NCBI GenBank assembly: GCA_041694835.1
Contig: JBGFRZ010000045.1
Location: forward strand, 1 to 23,823
Reading direction: 5' to 3'
DNA length: 23,823 bases
Source: Ignavibacteria bacterium
GTDB taxonomy: Bacteria; Elusimicrobiota; Endomicrobiia; PHAN01
The notes beneath the pieces were generated by a model that ran no database searches, was not told the DNA's origin, and was given only the letters and a program-made list of their open reading frames with translations. Each line of letters starts with the position of its first letter. Position 1 is the stretch's first letter. Both the position numbers and the translations under genes were made by a program. Below, piece by piece: positions 8,697-16,450 of this stretch.

Positions 8697-9329
8697 ATGT
8701 CTATGAATGACAAACTTGTAAACGATATAACCGAACAGATTTCTCTGAGACAAATAAGAGAGAAACACCCGGTTGTCTGCAACATCTCAAACAGACACAT
8801 GCATATAACCCGTGAGGATTTGGACAAACTTTTCGGCTCCGGATATGAGTTGAAAATCAAGGGTAAACTTATGCAGCCGGGCGAATTCGCGGCCGAAGAA
8901 ACCGTTAGAATCGTCGGGCCGAAAGGGGCGATTGACAAAGTGCGGTTGCTTGGACCCGTCAGAAAAGCGACTCAGATAGAGATTTCCATTACCGACAAGT
9001 TCGTTCTCGGTGTTGACGCTCCTGTAAGGCAGTCGGGCGATATTAAAAATTCCGCGCCGATAAAAGTCATAGGGCCCAAAGGAGAAATAGAACTTAAAGA
9101 AGGCGTGATAGTCGCAAAAAGGCATGTCCATATGACGACTGCCGATGCACAATTATTGAAAATCAAAGACGGAGATATATTGCGTATTAAGACATTCGGG
9201 GAAAGAAGCGTGATTTTTGAAAATGTTGTCGCCAGAGTCGGCGCTCAAATGATTCTTGAATGTCATTTAGATACCGACGAAGCAAACGCCGCGGCATTAA
9301 AAAACGGCGATGAAGTCGTGATACTATAA
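8697..9329 (+). CDS. pduL: BMC phosphotransacylase PduL
   Basis: Duplicated metal-binding motifs ISNRHMHIT and VAKRHVHMT, QPGEFAAEE, HLDTDEANA; short amphipathic N-terminal extension. Confidence 0.95.
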   Translation: MSMNDKLVNDITEQISLRQIREKHPVVCNISNRHMHITREDLDKLFGSGYELKIKGKLMQPGEFAAEETVRIVGPKGAIDKVRLLGPVRKATQIEISITDKFVLGVDAPVRQSGDIKNSAPIKVIGPKGEIELKEGVIVAKRHVHMTTADAQLLKIKDGDILRIKTFGERSVIFENVVARVGAQMILECHLDTDEANAAALKNGDEVVIL

Positions 9330-9345
9330 AAAAGTTGAGGGTTGT

Positions 9346-9433
9346 GTAGCGGTGGGATTGCTATCCCACGAAACACACCCCTTTGTCCCCTCTTAATAGA
9401 GGGGAATACGGCGAATAGCAATTCGCCCGCTAC
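9346..9433. repeat. Inverted GTAG-REP doublet with central CCCCTCT hairpin (REPIN/BIME-like), copy 1
   Basis: GTAGCG-GTGGGAT-tgct-ATCCCAC ... CCCCTCT-taat-AGAGGGG ... GGCGAAT-agca-ATTCGCC-CGCTAC; homologue at 12465-12549. Confidence 0.88.
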
Positions 9434-9455
9434 CAAACTAACTGAAGGAGGACAG

Positions 9456-9755
9456 ATGGAAGCATTAGGTATGATTGAGACGAAGGGTCTGACAGCGTTG
9501 ATTGAAGCGGCAGATGCCGCGGTTAAAGCGGCAAATGTTAAACTTGTTGGTTGGGAGAAAATCGGTTCTGGTTTTGTGACGGTTCTGTTTCGCGGTGAAG
9601 TTGCTGCATGCAGAGCTTCGTGTGACGCCGGTGCGGCCGCTGCCCAGAAAGTCGGTGAACTCGTGGCCGTCCACGTAATACCGCAGCCACATTTTGACCT
9701 TGAAGGCAAGATGCCGATTTCTCTGCCTGAGACACTGGCAAGAAAAAGCAAGTAA
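9456..9755 (+). CDS. BMC hexamer shell protein (BMC-H, EutM/PduA/CcmK family)
   Basis: [56 protein letters not shown] before ATG 9456. Confidence 0.97.
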   Translation: MEALGMIETKGLTALIEAADAAVKAANVKLVGWEKIGSGFVTVLFRGEVAACRASCDAGAAAAQKVGELVAVHVIPQPHFDLEGKMPISLPETLARKSK

Positions 9756-9756
9756 A

Positions 9757-9956
9757 AGAGTTTAGAGTTGAGAGTTTAGAGAGTATTTTCTCGATTTTAT
9801 CTCTAAAGGTAATCTTTGAAATTCCTATACAACATTTTTATTTAACCACGAAAACACGAAAGTCATTCTACTACCTGTTTTTTTGATTGTTCTTCAAAAT
9901 TATAATTTCGTGATTTCGTGCCTTCGTGGCAATCTTTGAACTAATCTCTCTAAACT
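9757..9956. repeat. Heptamer inverted-repeat element (AGAGTTT) enclosing an ACCACGAA...TTCGTGG element
   Basis: AGAGTTT AGAGTTG AGAGTTT AGAGAG (9757-9783) pairs with CTCTCTAAACT (9946-9956); inner element 9845-9929; AATCTTTGAA direct repeat at 9811-9820 and 9931-9940. Confidence 0.75.
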
Positions 9957-9971
9957 TATATAGGAGAATTT

Positions 9972-10271
9972 ATGTTATTTGCCCGTGTCGTCGGAAATGT
10001 CGTCTGCACCCGCAAAGACGATAAATTAGTCGGAACAAAACTGCTTATCGTTCAGCCGGTCGATATAGAAAATAATCCCAAAGGCAATCCGCTCGTTGCG
10101 ATAGATTCAGTCGGCGCCGGCGAAGGGGAGCTCGTGCTCATCGTGCAGGGTTCGTCCGCCCGCCAGACCAAACGCACCGAGGGAAATCCCGTTGACTGCA
10201 CCATAATGGCGATTATCGATTATATCGAAAAAGACGGCACTATCGTCTACAAAAAAAGCGCCGACAAGTAA
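9972..10271 (+). CDS. BMC pentamer/vertex protein (EutN/CcmL family)
   Basis: M.FARVVGNVVCTRKD..L.G.KLLIVQP, VAIDSVGAGEGE.V, GSSAR, VDCTIMAIID. Confidence 0.97.
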   Translation: MLFARVVGNVVCTRKDDKLVGTKLLIVQPVDIENNPKGNPLVAIDSVGAGEGELVLIVQGSSARQTKRTEGNPVDCTIMAIIDYIEKDGTIVYKKSADK

Positions 10272-10350
10272 AAGCAGCAAATAGCAAATAGTAAATAGTA
10301 AATAGTGAAAAACACTTAATCGCTATTTGCTATTCGCTATTTACTGCCTT
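10271..10350. repeat. Heptamer inverted-repeat hairpin (AATAGYA)n...(YGCTATT)n
   Basis: AAAGCAGCAAATAGCAAATAGTAAATAG vs CTATTTGCTATTCGCTATTTACTGCCTT, 24/28 complementary. Confidence 0.85.
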
Positions 10351-10355
10351 TAATT

Positions 10356-11777
10356 ATGGAACTAAACGACAACGAACTATCGGCTTTGGTTGCCGAAGTA
10401 ATCAAAAAACTCCAATCATCGCAAATCGGCGTTTCCGCTCTCAACACGACGGGAAGTCCTATATGCGGTTCGTTAGACGAAGCGATTGCTCTTGCAAAAT
10501 CATCTCAGAAGGTTTTCGTCCGTCAAGGTTTGGCTCAGAGAAATAAAGTCATACAAGCCATAAGAGATGTTTCTCTAAAAAACGCTGAGCATCTGGCTAA
10601 AATGGCTCACGAAGAAACAAAAATGGGCAGGTGGGAAGATAAAGTCCAAAAAAATATTCTCGCCGCCACAAAAACTCCGGGGGTTGAAGATATTCAACCG
10701 CTCGCCTATACGGGCGACCGCGGACTTACCCTCGTCGAAAGAGCGCCTTTTGGAATAATCGCCGCCGTAACGCCGTCGACAAATCCGACTTCGACGGTTA
10801 TAAACAACGCGATTTCAATAATCGCCGCAGGGAACTCTGTAATTTTTGCTCCACACCCCGCTTCCAAAAAATGCGTCCATGAGACGATAAAACTCATCAA
10901 CGACGCCATAGTTTCGGATGGCTCTCCTTCAGGGTTGATTACGACGGTTGAGCCGCCTTCGGTTGAATTTACAAAATCACTGCTGAATCATTCCGAAGTA
11001 AAACTCAATCTTGTGACAGGTGGACCCGCGATTGTAAAAGTCGCGATGGGCGCCGGCAAAAAAACAATTGCCGCCGGCCCCGGCAATCCGCCCGTCGTGG
11101 TTGATGAAACCGCTGAATTTCCAAAGACGGTAGACGCTATAATCGACGGAGCTTCATTTGACAACGGGGTTCTGTGCGCCGCGGAAAAAGAAACTATTCT
11201 CGTCGAAGCGGTCGCGGAAAAATTTTTAAGATATATAAGAGCCGACTCTCGCGGATATGAACTTACAAAATCGCAGCTCGACGAACTCGCCAAAATCGTA
11301 ATAAAACGTCCCGGCGGACGCGGCTGCGAAGGGGAGATGAACAGGGATTTTGTCGGAAGGAACGCGAATATAATCGCAAGAGCGATTGGTCTGGATCTCC
11401 CCGACAGCGTCCGTCTGCTCTGGGGCGTTGTTCCGAATGACCATCCGTTCGTCTGGACAGAACAGTTGATGCCGGTAATGCCGGTTACGGTTGTAAAAGA
11501 CATTGACATAGCGATTGATTTTGCCGTCGAAGTTGAAGGCGACAACCACCACACTTTCATAATGCACTCTCTCAATGTTGAAAATCTTTCCAATATGGCG
11601 CGCGCATGTCAGGGCTCTATTTTCGTCAAAAACGGTCCGTCTTATTTTGGACTCGGCATGGGTGAGGGATACGCGACGCTCTCAATCGCCACTCCGACGG
11701 GCGACGGACTTGCAAAGGCATCCAACTTCACGCGTCCATTGCGGTGCGTTTTGGTTGATTATTTCAGGATAGTGTAA
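10356..11777 (+). CDS. CoA-acylating aldehyde dehydrogenase (EutE/PduP family) with N-terminal encapsulation peptide
   Basis: TPSTNPT, VTGGPAIV, AGPGNPPVVVDETA, catalytic GASFDNGVLCAAEKE, EQLMPV; N-terminal amphipathic helix LSALVAEVIKKL. Confidence 0.95.
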   Translation: MELNDNELSALVAEVIKKLQSSQIGVSALNTTGSPICGSLDEAIALAKSSQKVFVRQGLAQRNKVIQAIRDVSLKNAEHLAKMAHEETKMGRWEDKVQKNILAATKTPGVEDIQPLAYTGDRGLTLVERAPFGIIAAVTPSTNPTSTVINNAISIIAAGNSVIFAPHPASKKCVHETIKLINDAIVSDGSPSGLITTVEPPSVEFTKSLLNHSEVKLNLVTGGPAIVKVAMGAGKKTIAAGPGNPPVVVDETAEFPKTVDAIIDGASFDNGVLCAAEKETILVEAVAEKFLRYIRADSRGYELTKSQLDELAKIVIKRPGGRGCEGEMNRDFVGRNANIIARAIGLDLPDSVRLLWGVVPNDHPFVWTEQLMPVMPVTVVKDIDIAIDFAVEVEGDNHHTFIMHSLNVENLSNMARACQGSIFVKNGPSYFGLGMGEGYATLSIATPTGDGLAKASNFTRPLRCVLVDYFRIV

Positions 11778-11813
11778 GAAATAAGAAACTATTTTAATAG
11801 CGGAGGATTGAAA

Positions 11814-12035
11814 ATGTCTTATATTTTTTCTGTAATCGTTGAAAAGGAAAAAAATTGGTATGTGGCGCTTTGTCCCGAGTTGGATATAGCGAGTCAGGGT
11901 AAAACAATTGAAAATGCGGTAGATAATTTGAAAGAAGCGGTAAAACTTTATTTAGAAACAGCGTCAAAAGAAGAAATAGAAGAATCAATGTCTACTGTGC
12001 CGCCCTTTATAAGCACAATGGAAGTTGCTGTTTAA
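11814..12035 (+). CDS. hicB: HicB-family antitoxin (short form, no DNA-binding domain)
   Basis: YVALCPELDIASQGKTIENAVDNLKEAVKLYLE; GGAGG RBS 7 nt before ATG 11814. Confidence 0.92.
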   Translation: MSYIFSVIVEKEKNWYVALCPELDIASQGKTIENAVDNLKEAVKLYLETASKEEIEESMSTVPPFISTMEVAV

Positions 12036-12036
12036 T

Positions 12037-12267
12037 ATGCCGAAACTTCCACTCGTCTCGTCAGATGAAGTAATAAAAGCGCTAAATAAAAAGGGCTTTG
12101 TAAAAGTAAGACAGGCGGGAAGTCATATAGCATTGCAACGCCACGAAGAAGGAAAGACAAAAACAGTAATTGTTCCTGTTCATAGAGAAATAGCCAAGGG
12201 CACTTTGCGTTCAATCATAAGAAAATCTGAATTAATGGTTGATGAGTTTTTGAAATTGTTGGAATGA
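12037..12267 (+). CDS. hicA: HicA-family mRNA interferase toxin
   Basis: VIKALNKKGF.KVRQAGSH (catalytic His), VIVPVHREIAKGTLRSII. Confidence 0.93.
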   Translation: MPKLPLVSSDEVIKALNKKGFVKVRQAGSHIALQRHEEGKTKTVIVPVHREIAKGTLRSIIRKSELMVDEFLKLLE

Positions 12268-12282
12268 TAAAGAATTAGAATT

Positions 12283-12375
12283 ATCGCCACTCCGACGGGC
12301 GACGGACTTGCGGAGGCATCAAATTTCACAAGACCTTTAAGATGCGTTTTGGTAGATTATTTCAGGATAGTATAA
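12283..12375 (+). pseudogene. Displaced duplicate of the last 30 codons plus stop of the aldehyde dehydrogenase
   Basis: 80/93 nt identical to 11685-11777, first 29 nt identical; translates IATPTGDGLAEASNFTRPLRCVLVDYFRIV* (one aa change). Confidence 0.95.
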
Positions 12376-12464
12376 ACACGGTAGCAATTAAAAAGTAAAA
12401 GAGTAGTAAAAAAATGTTGTTCCGATGTTCTGTAATATTAAGTAGCCAAGCGTTTATCGGCAAG

Positions 12465-12549
12465 GTAGCGGCGGGATTGCCATCCCGCAAACACACCCCT
12501 AACCCCTCTTAATAGAGGGGAATTTGTCGCATAGTAATGCGACCGCTAC
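12465..12549. repeat. Inverted GTAG-REP doublet, copy 2
   Basis: GTAGCG-GCGGGAT-tgcc-ATCCCGC ... CCCCTCT-taat-AGAGGGG ... GTCGCAT-agta-ATGCGAC-CGCTAC. Confidence 0.88.
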
Positions 12550-12570
12550 AATAACGGAAAATCACTCAGT

Positions 12571-12997
12571 ATTTATGGTGTTGAGGTCAGAGTGTTGGTC
12601 CAAGCAGTTAAACGAAATGCTGAACGGTTTCCTGAAGATTTTATGTTTCAGTTAAGTAACAGAGAGTATTCAATCTTGAAATCACAATTTGTAATTTCAA
12701 GTTGGGGCGGGCGGTGACGGGCAAACCCTTATGCTTTTACTGAACAGGGTGTGGCAATGCTTTCCAGCGTGCTTCATAGCAGACAAGCAATTCGGGTTAA
12801 CATTGTGATTATGCGGACTTTTGTAAAACTTCGCAAAATGCTGACGACACATAAAGAACTAGCGGATAAACTCTCTATGCTTGAGAATAAAATAGAAAAA
12901 CACGATACGGAAATGTAGCCCCCCAATTCATTGGGGGGTGAGCCTTATGGGCGTTCACGACGAACCGAAAAGGAAAAGAATAGGTTTTTTGCGTTAG
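12571..12997 (+). pseudogene. ORF6N-domain DNA-binding protein pseudogene (not in ORF track)
   Basis: [60 protein letters not shown]; 5' end missing, TGA at 12715-12717, REP hairpin at 12915-12938, C-terminal EPKRKRIGF in another frame. Confidence 0.9.
12915..12938 (+). repeat. REP-like hairpin with GTAG foot inside the ORF6N pseudogene
   Basis: GTAG CCCCCCAAT tc ATTGGGGGG, perfect 9-bp stem. Confidence 0.75.
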
Positions 12998-13063
12998 ATT
13001 TCCCGGTGGTATGTCTTGGTTGATTATTTTGGGATAGTGTAGAATTTTTATGAGGGTATAAAA

Positions 13064-14698
13064 ATGCATAAACCATTTGAAGAAGCATTTGAAAAAGCAA
13101 AATCAAAAGAAGTAGAACTCTATTTTCAAGAAGTCAGTTTAATGCGACAACTTATAAGAGAAATAAGTTCTCCTCTCAATTTATTAAGAGAATTGGTATC
13201 TAATGCCGCCGCCCGAGAAGTAAAAGCAAAGAACATTTGGATAAGTTGTTATCCTCATCCAGAAGATATTTATGTATTTGAGGTTAAAGATGATGGGATT
13301 GGCATGGATTATTCGGATAATCCGCATACGGGGCACTATGCAAGACTTAATAAATTTTTGTCGCTTGGATTATCTGCAGTTGTTGGAGAAAAAAGTGATG
13401 AATTTGGATGGAAAGGTATAGGTTCAAAATTATCATTTTATGCGCGTCGGCTTGTTGTAGAAACTTATACTGGACAGGGCAAAGTATATAAAGTTGAGGT
13501 TAATGCTCCCTGGGAAACCCTAACTGCTGGTAAAAAACCAAAACCGAAAATTTTTGAAACTGAGCCAACTTCTAAAGATTATCAAGGAACAAAAGTTACT
13601 GTTTTTGGACATCCACCAGATGTCCGCCGAGAATATACATTTACAGAGGTAAAAGATTATTTACTCCATCGTACTTTTGTTGGTTTTACACGAAACCGCG
13701 ACAACCCACCTGCGATTCACTTGGCAGTTGGAAATAGGAAGGAAACTTTGGAAATTGGTTTCCCGGTTTTAAAACGAGTTTCGGAACAATCGGGAGAGGC
13801 TACTCGCTTTGTCAATTTAACTGAATCGACAGGAGTCTCTGGTACTAATTTTAAGATGACAATTAATCTAAAAGGTTTATATACTGTGGAAGCGCCTCGT
13901 TTTGGATTGGTAGAACAAATTGGCAACACAGGATTGATTCTATCAGTGCTTGGTATTCCATACTTTGATTTGGGATTAGAACAGTACGCTGAACGACGTG
14001 GATTAAGCATAAATCCCGGGGTAAAAAATTGTTGTTTTGTTGTAGAGTGTGACCAAGTTCAAGAAGAGATGAGTATAAGTCGCAGTGGGATTAACCATGG
14101 TGTAATCAAAGAGACTTTTGACTGTGCCGTCAAAAACTTATTTCGCCGCATATCTAATTCTGACGATTACAAAAGTTTTGTTGCATACACAAAAAGACAA
14201 AAAGATATTCGTGGAGCAGAAACACTTGATGCTCGTAAACGTAAACTTGAAAGGCCGGAACAAAAATGGGTTTATTGGGTCGGGAGATCTGGTGAACAAC
14301 GAAGAATTCATAGAGAGCCTGAAAATGAACGAGATACTTTAGCAGTTCTTTGGAAACTTGAGGCATTAGGTGCTCTACCGTTTCATCAGTTTGAATCTCT
14401 TGAACATGGAGGAAGTGGTGCAGACATCATTGCGCATTTTAGAGAGAATCCTGAAAGCAATCCAGAACGTTTCGTAACAATTGAGGCTGAATCAAATTTT
14501 ACTAACTATAAACTGCATGGGCATAATCCAAGCCAAATGCCCATTGTAATTTGTTGGGACATTGGCAAAAGTCGACAAGTAAAAATGAAAGATACAAATG
14601 TCAGTTGGAAATTTGTAGCAGAAGTTGGAGATGTCAGTGTTAGAGTTTTTGCGTTGGCAAGAATGCAGGGTGTGCGAGTAAGTCGGGAGGAAATGTAA
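13064..14698 (+). CDS. GHKL-type ATPase fused to a putative C-terminal restriction-endonuclease-like domain
   Basis: Bergerat-fold boxes RELVSNA, DDGIGM, FGWKGIGSK, GTKV; C-terminus GADIIA..VTIEAE.NF..HGH....IVICWD resembles a PD-(D/E)xK-like fold (inference). Confidence 0.75.
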   Translation: MHKPFEEAFEKAKSKEVELYFQEVSLMRQLIREISSPLNLLRELVSNAAAREVKAKNIWISCYPHPEDIYVFEVKDDGIGMDYSDNPHTGHYARLNKFLSLGLSAVVGEKSDEFGWKGIGSKLSFYARRLVVETYTGQGKVYKVEVNAPWETLTAGKKPKPKIFETEPTSKDYQGTKVTVFGHPPDVRREYTFTEVKDYLLHRTFVGFTRNRDNPPAIHLAVGNRKETLEIGFPVLKRVSEQSGEATRFVNLTESTGVSGTNFKMTINLKGLYTVEAPRFGLVEQIGNTGLILSVLGIPYFDLGLEQYAERRGLSINPGVKNCCFVVECDQVQEEMSISRSGINHGVIKETFDCAVKNLFRRISNSDDYKSFVAYTKRQKDIRGAETLDARKRKLERPEQKWVYWVGRSGEQRRIHREPENERDTLAVLWKLEALGALPFHQFESLEHGGSGADIIAHFRENPESNPERFVTIEAESNFTNYKLHGHNPSQMPIVICWDIGKSRQVKMKDTNVSWKFVAEVGDVSVRVFALARMQGVRVSREEM

Positions 14699-14741
14699 CT
14701 ACTTTTCTCTCTTCTCTAATCGTTCGGCTAATAGGCATACT

Positions 14742-14768
14742 GAAATATCGGAACGGTTCTGGTATTTT
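14742..14768. repeat. Hairpin motif upstream of MNT-HEPN module
   Basis: GAAATATCGG-aacggtt-CTGGTATTTT; 22/27 identical to 17467-17493. Confidence 0.65.
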
Positions 14769-14793
14769 AAGAAGTAAAGTAAGACATTAAACA

Positions 14794-15078
14794 ATGAACA
14801 AAAAAGTGTTTAATAGCGAGATAAAAAAAATAGTTGAAATTGGTAAAGAATATGGGGCCAATAAAATAATTCTTTTTGGTTCCTGTCTTGAAGATATAAA
14901 ATATGCCAATGATATTGATATCGCCATTGCAGGAGTTAAGCCCGAGAAATTTTTTGAACTCTATGGTAAAATATTAAGCGAAGTATTTACTGAGATGGAT
15001 TTAATCCCGATGGAATATGCTCGGGAACATCTTTCAAAACGTATTCTTGAACAAGGAAAATTGTTATATGCCAAATAA
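14794..15078 (+). CDS. Minimal nucleotidyltransferase (MNT) antitoxin
   Basis: IILFGS....NDIDIAI.G (GS..DxD Pol-beta motif), 94 aa, overlaps the downstream HEPN gene. Confidence 0.9.
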   Translation: MNKKVFNSEIKKIVEIGKEYGANKIILFGSCLEDIKYANDIDIAIAGVKPEKFFELYGKILSEVFTEMDLIPMEYAREHLSKRILEQGKLLYAK

Positions 15079-15529
15079 TTTCAAGAAACTCAAAGAGGAT
15101 ATATCGGATGGAATAAATTTGCTCAATCGGGCATTAGATGCTTTGTCTGATTTCAAAGAAAAAATAATTTTGAAAGATGCAGATATCGCCCAAAAAGCAT
15201 CCATTGGAACGTTCCTGATGAATTTTTATACGGGCGTAGAAAATATTATTAAACGCGTATGCAAAGAATATTATCATACCTTGCCAAAAGGGGCAAGTTG
15301 GCACAAGGAACTGCTTGATTTGTCTTGCTCACCCCCTAAAAATAAAATGCCGCTATTCACTCGAGATATAGTTGATAGATTAAATCCATACAGAGGTTTT
15401 AAACATTTCTTTGTGAGTGGCTATGGATTCAAACTGGAAATAGAATTGATGATTTCATTGATAGATAACATTGACAATTTGTGGACAGATATAAAAAAAT
15501 CGCTCACGGAATTTTTGTCACAGATATAG
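15068..15529 (+). CDS. HEPN-domain (HepT-like) toxin partner, RNase motif degenerate
   Basis: NFYTGVENIIKR, GASWHKELL, YRGFKHFFVSGYGF; paired with MNT; ATG 15068 overlaps the MNT end. Confidence 0.82.
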   Translation: MPNNFKKLKEDISDGINLLNRALDALSDFKEKIILKDADIAQKASIGTFLMNFYTGVENIIKRVCKEYYHTLPKGASWHKELLDLSCSPPKNKMPLFTRDIVDRLNPYRGFKHFFVSGYGFKLEIELMISLIDNIDNLWTDIKKSLTEFLSQI

Positions 15530-15561
15530 GTTCGTTTAAAATAATTTAGCATGTTATTTTG

Positions 15562-15578
15562 ATAATCGGAACCGTCCC
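15562..15578 (+). repeat. 17-bp direct repeat, left copy
   Basis: ATAATCGGAACCGTCCC, identical at 17442-17458. Confidence 0.85.
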
Positions 15579-15597
15579 CAATCTTCGGAGGAAAAAT

Positions 15598-16392
15598 ATG
15601 GATAAACAAATTGTTAAAGGTATTCGCAAATATGTTCCAGTTTTTCATGAAGCAAGAGAAAAAGATATAAATGAGGCTGATGTTGTAACGAGGATTATTA
15701 AATTTCTTGAGGATGTTTTGGAATATGATGTTTTAAAAGATATTACGAAAGAATTTATGATAAAAGAACGATATGTGGATTTGGCTGTCAAAATAAATGA
15801 CAAAGTGAGGTTTTATATTGAAGTAAAATCGGCGAATACCAGATTAAAAGAATCTCATATTTATCAAGCCGAAAGTTATGCATCGCAAAGCGGGGTTCCT
15901 TGGGTTATTTTAACAAACGGTGCAGAATGGCAGTTGTACCATCTCATTTTTGACAAATCAGGTATTGAGCATTCATTGATATTTTCAATAGATTTAACAG
16001 ATGATAATTCGGAACAAAATGCAGAAAAAATATATTACCTTTCTAAAAATGCTATGCGTGATGATGAAATTGAAGAATATTGGCATAAGCAGGTTTCGTT
16101 GGGCGGCGAATCAATTATAAAAGCATTATTTCATGAAGTCACACTTGCCTCAATTAGACGAGAAATGAGGAGAATGTCGGATATTTTGATAGATGAAGAT
16201 GAAATTGTAGAAAGTTTGAAAAAATTGCTAAGTCCAGAGATTATTGCACAATACGGTGACAGTATTAAAATTCGAAGAAGACGAAAAATAAAAAAAGAAG
16301 TTTCTGACAACAGTAAAAATGACGACAAACAGCAAAGCAATCCAATTGCCAATTTAACTTCCGATGAAACAACTGAAAAAACGCAAACATAA
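15598..16392 (+). CDS. Stand-alone type I restriction HsdR N-terminal-like PD-(D/E)xK nuclease
   Basis: NEADV, YVDLAV..FYIEVK, QAESYA, ILTNGAEWQLY motifs; GGAGG RBS before ATG 15598; no helicase domain. Confidence 0.85.
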   Translation: MDKQIVKGIRKYVPVFHEAREKDINEADVVTRIIKFLEDVLEYDVLKDITKEFMIKERYVDLAVKINDKVRFYIEVKSANTRLKESHIYQAESYASQSGVPWVILTNGAEWQLYHLIFDKSGIEHSLIFSIDLTDDNSEQNAEKIYYLSKNAMRDDEIEEYWHKQVSLGGESIIKALFHEVTLASIRREMRRMSDILIDEDEIVESLKKLLSPEIIAQYGDSIKIRRRRKIKKEVSDNSKNDDKQQSNPIANLTSDETTEKTQT

Positions 16393-16450
16393 ATGAAAAA
16401 AATAATGGCAAAAATTTGGAATAAAAAAACTTTGGAAGCAGGACTAAATT

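Noticed and set aside
11685-12375. DGR variable/template repeat pair (9 of 13 differences are A in the downstream copy; an Avd-like gene is in the window)
   Set aside because: Four differences are not at A, 12 of 13 are synonymous, the target is a metabolic enzyme, and no reverse transcriptase is present.
12442-12461. Extra GTAG REP (GTAGCCAAGCGTTTATCGGC)
   Set aside because: The stem is too short and imperfect, and there is no second copy.
12715-12717. TGA recoding (Sec, Trp or Gly) in ORF6N
   Set aside because: TGA is a normal stop for mtaB, tpiA, hicA and rpiB; the position is usually Arg (CGA to TGA) and the gene has other lesions.
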